A stretch of 64,000 nucleotides of DNA from a bacterium (GTDB lineage Bacteria > Planctomycetota > Planctomycetia > Pirellulales > Pirellulaceae), in NCBI GenBank assembly GCA_016124445.1, contig WGNR01000013.1, forward strand, positions 35,460 to 99,459. Direction: 5' to 3'. Below are positions 8,567-18,240 of the stretch, piece after piece. Within the stretch, counting starts at the first letter, position 1, and the number at the start of each line of letters is the position of its first letter. The translations under genes were made by a program, and so were the position numbers. The notes under the pieces were generated by a model. That model had not been told where the DNA came from, ran no database searches, and saw only the letters and a list, made by a program, of their open reading frames with translations.

Positions 8567-10477
8567 ATGAACTATCGCCTGGTGTGCCGACTACTTTCGA
8601 TCGTGTGCCTGATCATTGGCGTCACGATGATCTTCAGCCTGCCGTGGGCCTGGCCTGCGATTGGGCATCGCACCGATGAAAACTTCCAGCAGTTCGAGAC
8701 GCGCGGTTTTTTGGGCCTGGTCTACTCGATCATACTATGCATCATCAGTTGGGCTATCTTGTGGCGTATCGGTCGCAAGGCTCAAGGCGAACTCTACCGC
8801 CGCGAGGCGATGGCGGTCGTCGGACTGAGTTGGATCGTTGCGACGGTGTTGGGCGGCATGCCCTATCTGCTGGCTGGTGCCAGCGGAAAGCTGGCGGTGC
8901 GATTGTTCGATTCACACTTACTGGAGCCCCAGGTCTACGGCCAAGATGTCGCTCCATTGACGCCGGAAGAATATGCCCTGGTCCAGCCCCTGGTCATGGC
9001 GGGTGCTCGTGGGCTATCGAAAGAAAGGCTGCAACAGGAATTCCTGTTCCGGTACCACGAAATCACCGGCGACGAAGCACCTCCGCGAAGTTTGGGAGAG
9101 GTTTTCGATCAACTTACCGAGTTGCCGCATTGGCATGGAGCGCTCATCGCCCCTGGCGACGAACCAGACGCACCGATCGATCGTGCGCTGAACTATCGGA
9201 TTCGCCCCGTTGCCATGAATCTGGCCGACGCGATGTTTGAGTCGCAATCAGGCTTCAGTACGACCGGAGCGACGGTGATTGCGAACCTGGAAGACCCTAT
9301 CTCGATGCCGCACTGCATCCTATTCTGGCGAAGCAGCACGCACTTTCTGGGCGGGCTGGGCATCATCGTTTTGTTCGTCGTGCTTCTGGGCCAAGGTTCG
9401 GCCGGCAAAGCGCTGATGCGAAACGAAATGCCAGGGCCAAGCAAGGAAGGCTCGCATTCAAGAATGCAACATACGGCGTGGACATTCGCCGCCCTTTATT
9501 GCAGTTTGAATTTGCTGCTGACCTTGCTGTTGTGGCTGCTGGGGATGAACTTCTTCGATGCCGTTTGTCATGCTTTCGGTACGCTGGCGACCGGAGGATT
9601 CAGCACCTACAACGCCAGCCTGGGACATTTCTACCAGGTCGATCCGGTAAGTGGCGTTTGGATTGAATACGTGGTGATCGTCTTCATGATCCTGGCCGGC
9701 TCTAACTTCACGCTCCTCTATTTCCTGGCGATCGGCCAGGCACACCGGTTGATAAAAGATATCGAGTGGCGCTACTACATGGGAATTATCTTCGGCGTCA
9801 CGATCGTGGTCATGGCATTTGGCCTGGTTTACGACGACTTCATCACGGATCCGGAAACGTCTGCCGCTTCGGAGGTTTCCTACGCGCTGCGATATGGGCT
9901 GTTTCAAGTTGTTTCAATCATGACAACAACCGGCTACGGCACTCACGACTTCGACCAATGGAACAGCTTTGGCCGAGGGGTTTTGTTCCTGCTGATGTTT
10001 GTTGGTGGATGTGCAGGCAGCACCGGCGGTGGATTGAAGGTGATTCGTCACATTCTGTTTCACAAGATCTTGTTTCTACAACTCGAAAAGTCGTATCACC
10101 CTACCGTCGTTCGACCGCTGCGGTTGGGAGGCAAGCCGGTCGTCGATCCCGATTTGCAGACCAATATCCTGGTCTACTTTGGCATCATCCTGGTGCTGTT
10201 CGTCTTTGGTTGGTTGGCCGTCGTTACCCTGGAACCGGATGTGACCTGGGGAAGCGCCCGGCAACACACCGAGCACAAATTGATCGACAGCGCCACGGCC
10301 GTTGCGGCAACGCTCAACAACGTGGGACCAGGTCTGGGTATCATCGGCGCAACTCAAAATTACGCCAACTTTACCTGGTGGACTAAATTCCTGTTTACGG
10401 CCTTGATGATGATCGGCCGCCTGGAAATCTTTGCCGTCTTAGTGCTATTTGTGCCAGGTTTTTGGCGTTCTCGTTGA
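8567..10477 (+). CDS. trkH: Trk potassium uptake membrane subunit TrkH, with an insertion of about 110 aa
   Basis: Four pore loops (SGFSTTGAT, TLATGGFS, MTTTGYG, LNNVGPG) plus GGCAGSTGGG and GRLEIF. Start set at ATG 8567. Confidence 0.93.
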   Translation: MNYRLVCRLLSIVCLIIGVTMIFSLPWAWPAIGHRTDENFQQFETRGFLGLVYSIILCIISWAILWRIGRKAQGELYRREAMAVVGLSWIVATVLGGMPYLLAGASGKLAVRLFDSHLLEPQVYGQDVAPLTPEEYALVQPLVMAGARGLSKERLQQEFLFRYHEITGDEAPPRSLGEVFDQLTELPHWHGALIAPGDEPDAPIDRALNYRIRPVAMNLADAMFESQSGFSTTGATVIANLEDPISMPHCILFWRSSTHFLGGLGIIVLFVVLLGQGSAGKALMRNEMPGPSKEGSHSRMQHTAWTFAALYCSLNLLLTLLLWLLGMNFFDAVCHAFGTLATGGFSTYNASLGHFYQVDPVSGVWIEYVVIVFMILAGSNFTLLYFLAIGQAHRLIKDIEWRYYMGIIFGVTIVVMAFGLVYDDFITDPETSAASEVSYALRYGLFQVVSIMTTTGYGTHDFDQWNSFGRGVLFLLMFVGGCAGSTGGGLKVIRHILFHKILFLQLEKSYHPTVVRPLRLGGKPVVDPDLQTNILVYFGIILVLFVFGWLAVVTLEPDVTWGSARQHTEHKLIDSATAVAATLNNVGPGLGIIGATQNYANFTWWTKFLFTALMMIGRLEIFAVLVLFVPGFWRSR

Positions 10478-10570
10478 CATTGGGCGAAAGGGCCAACTGC
10501 TTGCACCAATGGCGAGCTAGAACTTTAATAGAGTCATACCTCCTCGCGCTTCTCCTGGAGAGACCCTTCC

Positions 10571-11215
10571 ATGCGATATGCCCATTTCTTCCTACTGCTG
10601 GCCATCGGCCTGGTTCCGCTCGAAGCGCAGGCTCAGGGAGCCAAAGGCAAGCAACCAGAACCGCTGGATCTTCCGTCCGATCCGCGCCTGGTTGAAATCC
10701 ATCGTGAGTTTGTCACCAAGGCGGAAAAGCTGGGTGATGAATATGCCCGCAAGAAGGACTGGGAAAAGGCACGCGTTGTTTTCGCCGAAGTATTAAAGCT
10801 GGTTCCCAACTACCGACCAGCTGTTGAAAAGTTGAAGGTGATCAACGGCGAACTTTCTCATGCGAACGTCAAGGTCATCACCGTCGAAGCGAAAAGCGGC
10901 TGGATCGATACCGGAATCAATCTGGTCGAGGGTACTCCACTCGCATTTCGGACCGAAGGCGAATGGATGCTGGTCCACGTAAGCGACGCTGACGGATTGG
11001 ATATCCCCAAGGAAGCTCGCGATTACAAGCTAGGTTCGCTCATCGGCGCCATCGCCCAATCGTCCATTCCGGACAAAAACAACCGTCCGTTCACGATTGG
11101 GAAGCAAAAGCAGATGAATGCCCCCAACAGCGGTCGATTGCTGCTGAAGATGCACGATCTCTTCAACGACGATAACCGCGGCCAGATTCGCGTCGAAGTC
11201 CGAGGCAATTTCTAG
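10571..11215 (+). CDS. Secreted protein: TPR-like helices + PA-IL/LecA-like beta-sandwich
   Basis: Signal peptide; TPR-like WEKARVVFAEVLKLVPNY; GWIDTGI...GSLIGAI...PFTIG...SGRLLL..HD...DNRG pattern. Confidence 0.6.
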   Translation: MRYAHFFLLLAIGLVPLEAQAQGAKGKQPEPLDLPSDPRLVEIHREFVTKAEKLGDEYARKKDWEKARVVFAEVLKLVPNYRPAVEKLKVINGELSHANVKVITVEAKSGWIDTGINLVEGTPLAFRTEGEWMLVHVSDADGLDIPKEARDYKLGSLIGAIAQSSIPDKNNRPFTIGKQKQMNAPNSGRLLLKMHDLFNDDNRGQIRVEVRGNF

Positions 11216-11245
11216 TACGACGCACATTTCTCGTAGGGCAATGCA

Positions 11246-12763
11246 TTGACTGAAACAGAGCCGCACCCCCAGCCGCGAAGGACGCTGGCTACCAAAATCG
11301 GCTTATGGCTTGGCCCGGCTTGCGCACTTTTGCTATGGGGCCTGATGCCCATGGGCTACCTTCTCGATCCCGAGCAGCCGCAGCTCAACGCGATGGCTGG
11401 CGCGTTTCTCTGGATGGGAATCTGGTGGTTGACCGAGGCCATTCCGTTGGCGGCTACTTCACTATTGCCGCTGGTTTTGTTTCCCATGCTGGGCATTCAA
11501 CACGTAAAACAGGTCGCCTCGGCCTACGGCGACCACAACGTCTTTCTCTTTCTAGGCGGCTTTCTGATCGCATTGGCGATCGAGCAATCAGGCCTGCATC
11601 GGCGCCTGGCCCTCTCGATTGTTTACCTGGTCGGCGATAATCCCGTCAGGCTGCTACTGGGGTTTATGTTGGCGACGGGGCTGATGTCGATGTGGATCTC
11701 CAATACAGCTACGACGTTGCTGATGCTGCCGATCGCAGGCAGTATCCTCGCCGTATCCGATGTCCGCCTGAGCGACGAAAACGCCCGGCGTAATCTAGGC
11801 ATCGGTCTGATGCTGGGGATCGCATACGCAGCAAGCATCGGCGGCGTGGCAACGCTGGTTGGTACCCCGCCCAACATCGCGTTCGCCTCCTATTACCAAG
11901 ACCATTTTCCAGATGCACCCCAGGTCTCGTTTCTGGCCTGGATGCTGATGGCATTCCCCTTCTCTGCCCTGTTCCTGCTGGTCTGCTGGTGGTTGTTGGG
12001 GTACATCCTCTTTCCAGTGAAAGCTGCCGACTCGATTGGCGGCCGCGAAATGATTGCGCAAGAGCTTCGCGACCTCGGAGCGCTCAGCGCCGCCGAATGG
12101 CGGGCCGGCCTGGTTTTCCTGGCCACTGCCCTGCTCTGGACTTTTCGCGAACCAGTGGAAGGCTGGGGTTGGGGGCAGCTGTTTTTGGACGAGCATGGCA
12201 AGTCGATGGTCAGCGACGCCACGACAGCAATGGCGATGGCCATTATCTGCTTCATCGTGCCCAAGGGGAAACAATCAGGCCCAGGGCCGCTACTGACATG
12301 GGAAGCCAGCATCAAAGTTCCTTGGGGCGTGCTGCTTTTGTTTGGTGGCGGTACCGCGCTCGCCAAAGCAGTGAACGCATCGCACTTTGATCAGTTCCTG
12401 GGGTTGCACATGGCGGCTGCGATGAGCGACATGTCGCAGTCCATGATGGTCGTTGTCACAGCAACTGGCATGATCTGGCTCACCGAATTCACTTCGAACC
12501 TGGCGAGCGTGCAAACCTTCAACCCGGTGTTGGGAAGCGCCGCTACGCAATTGGACGTGGCGCCGCTGCTCTTGCTCATTCCGGCGACACTCGGCGCCAG
12601 CTGCGCTTTCATGATGCCGGTCGCCACACCCCCCAATGCCATCGTGTACGGATCAGGCCGAGTTCCTATCGACAGCATGATTCGTGCGGGTGTGGTTTTA
12701 AACCTAGTTTCCATCGTTCTCGTTTCGCTGACCGTGTTGATCCTGGGCCGGATGTTCTACTAA
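11246..12763 (+). CDS. SLC13/DASS sodium:dicarboxylate symporter
   Basis: SMWISNTAT, GTPPN, TEFTSN, AFMMPVATPPNAI. Confidence 0.92.
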   Translation: MTETEPHPQPRRTLATKIGLWLGPACALLLWGLMPMGYLLDPEQPQLNAMAGAFLWMGIWWLTEAIPLAATSLLPLVLFPMLGIQHVKQVASAYGDHNVFLFLGGFLIALAIEQSGLHRRLALSIVYLVGDNPVRLLLGFMLATGLMSMWISNTATTLLMLPIAGSILAVSDVRLSDENARRNLGIGLMLGIAYAASIGGVATLVGTPPNIAFASYYQDHFPDAPQVSFLAWMLMAFPFSALFLLVCWWLLGYILFPVKAADSIGGREMIAQELRDLGALSAAEWRAGLVFLATALLWTFREPVEGWGWGQLFLDEHGKSMVSDATTAMAMAIICFIVPKGKQSGPGPLLTWEASIKVPWGVLLLFGGGTALAKAVNASHFDQFLGLHMAAAMSDMSQSMMVVVTATGMIWLTEFTSNLASVQTFNPVLGSAATQLDVAPLLLLIPATLGASCAFMMPVATPPNAIVYGSGRVPIDSMIRAGVVLNLVSIVLVSLTVLILGRMFY

Positions 12764-12785
12764 CCGCGAATAAAGATGGGCACAT

Positions 12786-12814
12786 AAAAAAGGAGGCCTG
12801 ATTTCAGGCCTCCT
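12786..12814 (-). terminator. Rho-independent terminator between the convergent DASS and sppA genes
   Basis: AGGAGGCCTGA/TCAGGCCTCCT inverted repeat with an A run on the left, which gives a U tail on the minus strand. Confidence 0.8.
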
Positions 12815-12840
12815 CGCTTGCGATTGTTTTTTTGGGATGC

Positions 12841-13923
12841 TTACTTCGACCCAATCGGGAACGAACTGACAACCGGTGGCAAGTAGCTCGAAAGGTAATA
12901 TGCCTTCGGAGCGGACATCTCCAGCATGTCGTTCAGGTTCATTGCTTTGCTTTGAGCGAAACCAATATCGAACAACGACGTCGGCTGCTTGTAGGTCACC
13001 ACGCGGGTCTTCTTTACATCGATCTTGGCCAACTCAGCGGCCCGGGCAATCGCCTCTTCGACAAAACCAATCTTGTCGATCAGGCCGGCGTCGAGCGCCT
13101 GCTGGGCGGTGAAGATTTCGCCGGTGGCCAGCACGTCGAGTTTCTCCGGGTCTTTCTCAAAGACCGGACGGCCTTCCTTGACGATGTCTTTGAACCGCGT
13201 GAACGACAGGTTCACGTACTCTTGCAGAATGGCTCGGTTCTCTTCCGACATGGGCCGAGTCATCGTCAGCATCTGCTTACGCGGGTGGCTCATGATCGAG
13301 TCGTCGACGACGTTGTAATCCTTCATCAAGCCCGACACGTTGTAATGCGGGATGATCACACCAATCGAACCAGTGGTGGTGGTCGGCTCGGCGAAGATTG
13401 CGTCTTTCTCGTCCTCGACCGCCATCGAGACATAGTACCCGCCCGATGCGGCGATCGCCCCCATGCTGACTACGAGCGGAATGTCACGCTCTTTTTTCAG
13501 CTCTTTGAGGTGATGCAGAATGTAGTCGGAACCGGTAACCGTTCCGCCGGGGGAATCAACGCGGACGACGACTGCTTTGACTTTCTTGTCCTTTTTGACC
13601 AATTCAATCTGATCACGGACGTAGCCTTCCCCCTCCATGATCACGCCTTTGACGTTGATAATGGCGATCTTGTCGTCGGAGGTCTTGCTGCCGGAAACGA
13701 ATTTCTCGGAAACCCCATCGGTTGTTTCGTAGTACTCAGCCGAGCCGATGGCCAGGCTTAAAATAATGGGGATACAAAGCAGAAGCCCGAACCACGCGAT
13801 ACAGGCCATAATTCGCCATAAGAACCCGCTGGATATCTGGTTCTGAATGATGATCGTTGGCTGAGCGGGTTGAGGTTGGTGGGAAATCGGTTGGACGATG
13901 TCCGAGGATTCCTTATCGGCCAT
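12841..13923 (-). CDS. sppA: Signal peptide peptidase SppA (S49)
   Basis: VDSPGG, AASGGYY, TGSIGV, GLIDKIG, with an N-terminal TM segment. Confidence 0.92.
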   Translation of the reverse strand: MADKESSDIVQPISHQPQPAQPTIIIQNQISSGFLWRIMACIAWFGLLLCIPIILSLAIGSAEYYETTDGVSEKFVSGSKTSDDKIAIINVKGVIMEGEGYVRDQIELVKKDKKVKAVVVRVDSPGGTVTGSDYILHHLKELKKERDIPLVVSMGAIAASGGYYVSMAVEDEKDAIFAEPTTTTGSIGVIIPHYNVSGLMKDYNVVDDSIMSHPRKQMLTMTRPMSEENRAILQEYVNLSFTRFKDIVKEGRPVFEKDPEKLDVLATGEIFTAQQALDAGLIDKIGFVEEAIARAAELAKIDVKKTRVVTYKQPTSLFDIGFAQSKAMNLNDMLEMSAPKAYYLSSYLPPVVSSFPIGSK

Positions 13924-14188
13924 AACTAGTTAATCCTGCCTGGTAAACGGATGGGAATGTCGAAAGAGAAAGCCGCCGAAATGCCGGCGCAGACTTTGTT
14001 ATTCTACGTTCCTGCAGAGGGGGGGCAATTTTGTCAGGTCGATCCTGCCGGAAATCGTTCAAATTCCATGCGATTTTGACTCTGGTGTTGTCAGATCAGG
14101 GCAAATCCCGGTAAGCTACGCCGGATTATCGTGATCATCATCGTGTTGGTCCTTGAACATCCCAAAAGGCAGGTAAAGGAGTCGAGCC

Positions 14189-14938
14189 GTGTTCGTTTCC
14201 GCTTCGACCGAGTGTTTTCCCGACTTACCCTTGCGTGAATGCATGGAAAAGCTGGTCGACTTGGAGTTCAGCGCCGTCGATATGACCTTGGACGAGAACG
14301 GGGAGCATCTGCGTCCCTCGACCGTGGTCGACAATTTGCAACATGCGATCGACGTCTGCCACGATACACAGCGGCTGGTGATTTCCAATTTTCGGCTTCT
14401 TTCCAATGCCCAAGGCAACGACCGCTATCACGAATACGAAGCGATCTGCAAGCTGGCCAAAGCGGTCAAGGTTGCCTCCATCACGATCCCCAGCGGCGAG
14501 TTCGGCACGCCCTTCAACGAGGAAGTCGAACACCTGCGCGAGATGGTCGCGATCTCGGCCGTCGAAGGAATCGTGACCAGCATGCACACGCATGTTGGCT
14601 GCCTGTCGCAAGACTGCGATACGATCCAAGTGCTGTGCGACAACGTGAAGGGCCTCGGCATCACGCTCGATCCCAGCCACTTCATCTGCCGCGAAGATGG
14701 CCCCAAGAGCTACGACAAAGTGCTCAAGTATGTCCGCCACATCTACCTTCGCGACACCCGCCAAGACGAAATGCATGTTCGAGTCGGGCAAGGGGAAGTC
14801 GAGTACGGCCGAGTCATTCAACAGCTCGAACAAGCAGGCTACAACCGAGCCCTGACGGTCCACATGCCCCCGCTGCCTGATACCGACCAGATGGCCGAGA
14901 TGCGCAAGATCCGGTTGCTGCTGGAAAGCTTGCTGTAG
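14189..14938 (+). CDS. Sugar phosphate isomerase/epimerase family (xylose-isomerase-like TIM barrel)
   Basis: LGITLDPSHF, HIYLRD, GQGEVEY motifs; RBS AAGGAG precedes the GTG start. Confidence 0.8.
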   Translation: MFVSASTECFPDLPLRECMEKLVDLEFSAVDMTLDENGEHLRPSTVVDNLQHAIDVCHDTQRLVISNFRLLSNAQGNDRYHEYEAICKLAKAVKVASITIPSGEFGTPFNEEVEHLREMVAISAVEGIVTSMHTHVGCLSQDCDTIQVLCDNVKGLGITLDPSHFICREDGPKSYDKVLKYVRHIYLRDTRQDEMHVRVGQGEVEYGRVIQQLEQAGYNRALTVHMPPLPDTDQMAEMRKIRLLLESLL

Positions 14939-15021
14939 GAAGTTCGGACAAGACCGAACGGACTAAGAGGGAGCTCGGCGACATCATCCGGTACCAGTGG
15001 CACCAGATTGAAACCTCTCGC

Positions 15022-15768
15022 CTAAATCTCTTCATCGATCGCTGCCAATGCCTCGCCGCAACTGCCGGGCAGAAGGATATCCGCGATTTCGTCCAGCCCG
15101 GTTGGATCTCGATTCACGATCACCAACTTCGCTCCGCGGCGTTTGCCCACTTCCGGCAGGCCTGCCGCGGGATAAACGACCAGCGACGACCCAATCGAGA
15201 GAATGACATCCGCTTCCCAGCACCATTGGTAGGCAAGTTGCAGAAGCCTTTCCGGTAACGACTGCCCGAAGGAAATGGTCGCATGCTTCAGGCGGCCATC
15301 ACCGCACTCTGGGCAAAGCGGGACCTCGTTGGTTTCGCGGAACTGCTCGACAAACGGATCGACCGGGAAGTGGGCGGCACAATCCAGACAGTAAACTTCG
15401 CGGGCCGTGCCATGCAGTTCCATCACTTCACGACTGCCTGCCAATTGATGCAGGCCGTCGATATTCTGCGTGATGATGCCTCGGATGGTTCCCTGTTGTT
15501 CCCATTTGGCAAGCGTGCGATGTCCAATGTTTGGATCGGCTTCGGCGAACTGCGTGTGGGCTTCGACTTTCTGGGTCCAATACTCGTGGCGCGCCTCGGC
15601 TGACTCGCAGAACTCGTCGAAATAGACGGTACGATACTTGGTCCAAACGCCGCCCGGCGAACGGAAGTCGGGAATCCCGCTCTCGGTGCTAATCCCGGCG
15701 CCAGTGAAGACAACCGCCGATTGGGCCTTACGAAGCCACAGAGCGGCCAGCTTAATATCGTCGTTCAT
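15022..15768 (-). CDS. cobB: Sir2 family NAD-dependent protein deacylase
   Basis: GAGISTESGIPDFR, TQNIDGLH, ELHG, CxxC...CxxC, GSSLVVYPAA. Confidence 0.95.
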   Translation of the reverse strand: MNDDIKLAALWLRKAQSAVVFTGAGISTESGIPDFRSPGGVWTKYRTVYFDEFCESAEARHEYWTQKVEAHTQFAEADPNIGHRTLAKWEQQGTIRGIITQNIDGLHQLAGSREVMELHGTAREVYCLDCAAHFPVDPFVEQFRETNEVPLCPECGDGRLKHATISFGQSLPERLLQLAYQWCWEADVILSIGSSLVVYPAAGLPEVGKRRGAKLVIVNRDPTGLDEIADILLPGSCGEALAAIDEEI

Positions 15769-15943
15769 GCGATTCGTTCTAGAAAAAGTTGGACCTTATT
15801 GCGCTCATCGTACCACCGAATGGCAGGGAATGCCTTGAAATTGCGCTGCGGTTATGGCATCTTCAACCGATGCTTTCTTCAAGAAAAAGAAAACTTTTCG
15901 AGCACCCTCCCCTACCCTTCCCCATCGTTGTTGAGCACCCGGA

Positions 15944-17779
15944 ATGATTCCGTTTGATTTCTGCCTGATCGGTGATTCGTTCATCTCGTCTGACCAGTAC
16001 TCGCTGCTTTGCCTTTTCGTGGGCATGGCGACGGTGCTCGGTCTGATCATCATTGGCCGGGCGAACGCATTTCTCGCGCTGATCACCGCGGCAATGGTCG
16101 TCAGCTTGATGGCCGAAGGACCGATTCAAGATAAGTTCTCACGCGTTGCCTCCTCCTTTGGCGGCACCGCAGGCGGTGTGGGAATCGTGATCGCGTTGGC
16201 TGCGATCATTGGCAAGTGCATGTTAGATAGTGGCGCCGCCGACCGAGTGGTTCGGGCCTTTATGTCGGTCTTTGGCGAAAGACGCTCGCCGATTGCTTTA
16301 ATGGGCAGCGGTTTTGTGCTGGCCGTGCCGGTCTTCTTCGACACTGTTTTCTACTTGCTGGTGCCACTGGGCCGTTCGATGTTTCGCAAGACGGGCAAGA
16401 ACTACCTGCTGTATGTCATGGCGATTGCCACCGGCGGTGCGATTACGCATACAATGGTTCCCCCGACGCCTGGTCCGCTGGTTGTTGCCGATCAATTGAA
16501 CGTCGACAAAGGGTTGATGATTCTGATCGGCGCGGCAATTGCCCTTCCAGCCGCGATCGCCGGTTTGTGGTTTTCCCACCTTATGAATCGAATCATGCCG
16601 CTGCCGATGCGGCCGCTGGGAAGCGAGCCGGAACCGGAACCGATCCCGGACGACAAGCTTCCATCGCTCTGGATTTCACTCGCTCCTGTTCTCTTGCCGG
16701 TGCTTTTGATTTCTACCAATACGGTGCTGACCACCTTGGCCGACGCCGAACGGGCTGCGCAGTTTCAACAAGGCGATATTCTCAATTGGCAAGCGTTTCG
16801 CGGACGAATCCAAAATGATGTGGCAGCCGATGCCGAAACCAACTTCGGCAAGCACACTGTGGCCACGATTAAGGGCGATGGCAAAAACGCCGAGCGAGCC
16901 CGCATCGCAGAACTGCTGCTGCAAAGCGGCGACTTGAACGGCGAAGAAGAGGAAGAACTTCGCGCAGGGTTGAATCGTTTCCTGCTGCTGGATAAGAGCT
17001 ACCCAAAGAATCAGGATGCGTTCCTCGGAACGAAGCTCTCCAGTACGGCCAAGTCACTTGCTGGTAAACCCGCGGCACGCATGGCCCCGGTTACGGCTGA
17101 ACGAATGAATCGCGAAGTGGTGGAATCGGTTTACAACAAGGAAGTGGTTGCCCGGCATATCTGGGAAACTTCCAAGCGGAAAGCTGCCAACATTTCGTCA
17201 ATGATTGGTGATCCCAACTTCGCCCTGCTCATCTCGGCACTGATCGCCATGGGCACGCTGGCCGTGCAGCGATCGTTGTCTCTCAAGGAGCTTGCCACGT
17301 CGGTTGAAATTTCGCTGATGAGTGGTGGCTTGATCATTCTGATCACGGCGGCAGGCGGCGCGTTCGGCGGTATGCTGACGGTGGCCAAGGTCGGTGACGC
17401 GATTCAAAACCTGTTCCCGGTTGGGTCCGATGCCGCGTCGGCCAAGTTGTTGATCTTGTTCTTGGGATTTGGAATCGCGGCCGTTTTGAAGATCGCCCAG
17501 GGCTCCAGCACCGTCGCCATGATTACTTCCAGCGGCATGCTGGTCAGTTTGGCTTCGCCCGAGGTGCTGGGCTATCATCCGGTCTACCTGGCGGTAAGCA
17601 TCGGGGCCGGTTCGCTGATTGGTTCGTGGATGAACGACAGCGGCTTCTGGATCTTCGCCAAGATGAGCGGTCTGACCGAGGTCGAAGCGCTGAAGACCTG
17701 GACTCCCCTGCTCTTGGTTTTGGGCACCGTCAGTTTCGCTTGCGCCGTGCTTATGGCACTTGTTCTGCCAATGGCTTAG
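15944..17779 (+). CDS. GntP family permease with a soluble insertion of about 150 aa
   Basis: PVFFDTVF, HTMVPPTPGP, AQGSSTVAMIT, SWMNDSGFW. Confidence 0.88.
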   Translation: MIPFDFCLIGDSFISSDQYSLLCLFVGMATVLGLIIIGRANAFLALITAAMVVSLMAEGPIQDKFSRVASSFGGTAGGVGIVIALAAIIGKCMLDSGAADRVVRAFMSVFGERRSPIALMGSGFVLAVPVFFDTVFYLLVPLGRSMFRKTGKNYLLYVMAIATGGAITHTMVPPTPGPLVVADQLNVDKGLMILIGAAIALPAAIAGLWFSHLMNRIMPLPMRPLGSEPEPEPIPDDKLPSLWISLAPVLLPVLLISTNTVLTTLADAERAAQFQQGDILNWQAFRGRIQNDVAADAETNFGKHTVATIKGDGKNAERARIAELLLQSGDLNGEEEEELRAGLNRFLLLDKSYPKNQDAFLGTKLSSTAKSLAGKPAARMAPVTAERMNREVVESVYNKEVVARHIWETSKRKAANISSMIGDPNFALLISALIAMGTLAVQRSLSLKELATSVEISLMSGGLIILITAAGGAFGGMLTVAKVGDAIQNLFPVGSDAASAKLLILFLGFGIAAVLKIAQGSSTVAMITSSGMLVSLASPEVLGYHPVYLAVSIGAGSLIGSWMNDSGFWIFAKMSGLTEVEALKTWTPLLLVLGTVSFACAVLMALVLPMA

Positions 17780-18052
17780 CGGTCACAGGGTGGTCATTTG
17801 CAGCAGCATTGCTGTCAGAATCTCGAAATCTGGCCTGTTTTTCCGCCTAAAATGAACCTTTCAGGCAGCAATCGCATACAATACGGTGCGATAGGAAGGC
17901 CCGACATCGGATCGGTTCAGGAAGTACCGCAGCGCCAGGAAGCGCGATCGACGTAACGCTTGGAATTAGGCTCAACCCGATTGACCGGAACACGGAGTTC
18001 GGGCTGTAGCGTTTCTAGGGAAGATATCCCACCAAAAACAGTCGTCGATTTT

Positions 18053-18081
18053 TTGACCAGGCCAAATTCGTGATCTATAGT
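18053..18081 (+). promoter_or_regulatory. Sigma70 promoter upstream of the S41 protease
   Basis: TTGACC-17 nt-TATAGT. Confidence 0.65.
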
Positions 18082-18240
18082 GGACTGGGTCGAGTTATTG
18101 GCCCGTCCTTCACGAGATTTACTCCCCCCAGTTGCCGGTATTTCGACTCTTTATCAGTTGCCCGCTGATCTCTCCCCCTGGGTGCTGAAACACGTCGTAC
18201 TGTCGCCGGCAGCGAAGGAAACTGGACGCTGCGACGGACT

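Noticed and set aside
14098-14136. AGGGCAAATCC...GGATT resembling the PhoH leader motif
   Set aside because: It is better explained as a promoter spacer (TTGTCA-18-TAAGCT); the similarity is short and lacks the closing stem.
15022-15768. Sir2 (and also EVE and PIN-PhoH) as anti-phage defence genes
   Set aside because: This is a standard Zn-binding sirtuin deacylase. The three genes are dispersed among housekeeping genes with no defence-island context.
17780-18050. Possible ncRNA (SRP-like TCAGGAAG...GCAGC) in the long intergenic region
   Set aside because: It lacks the SRP helix 8 consensus and a long enclosing stem, so I could not support it.
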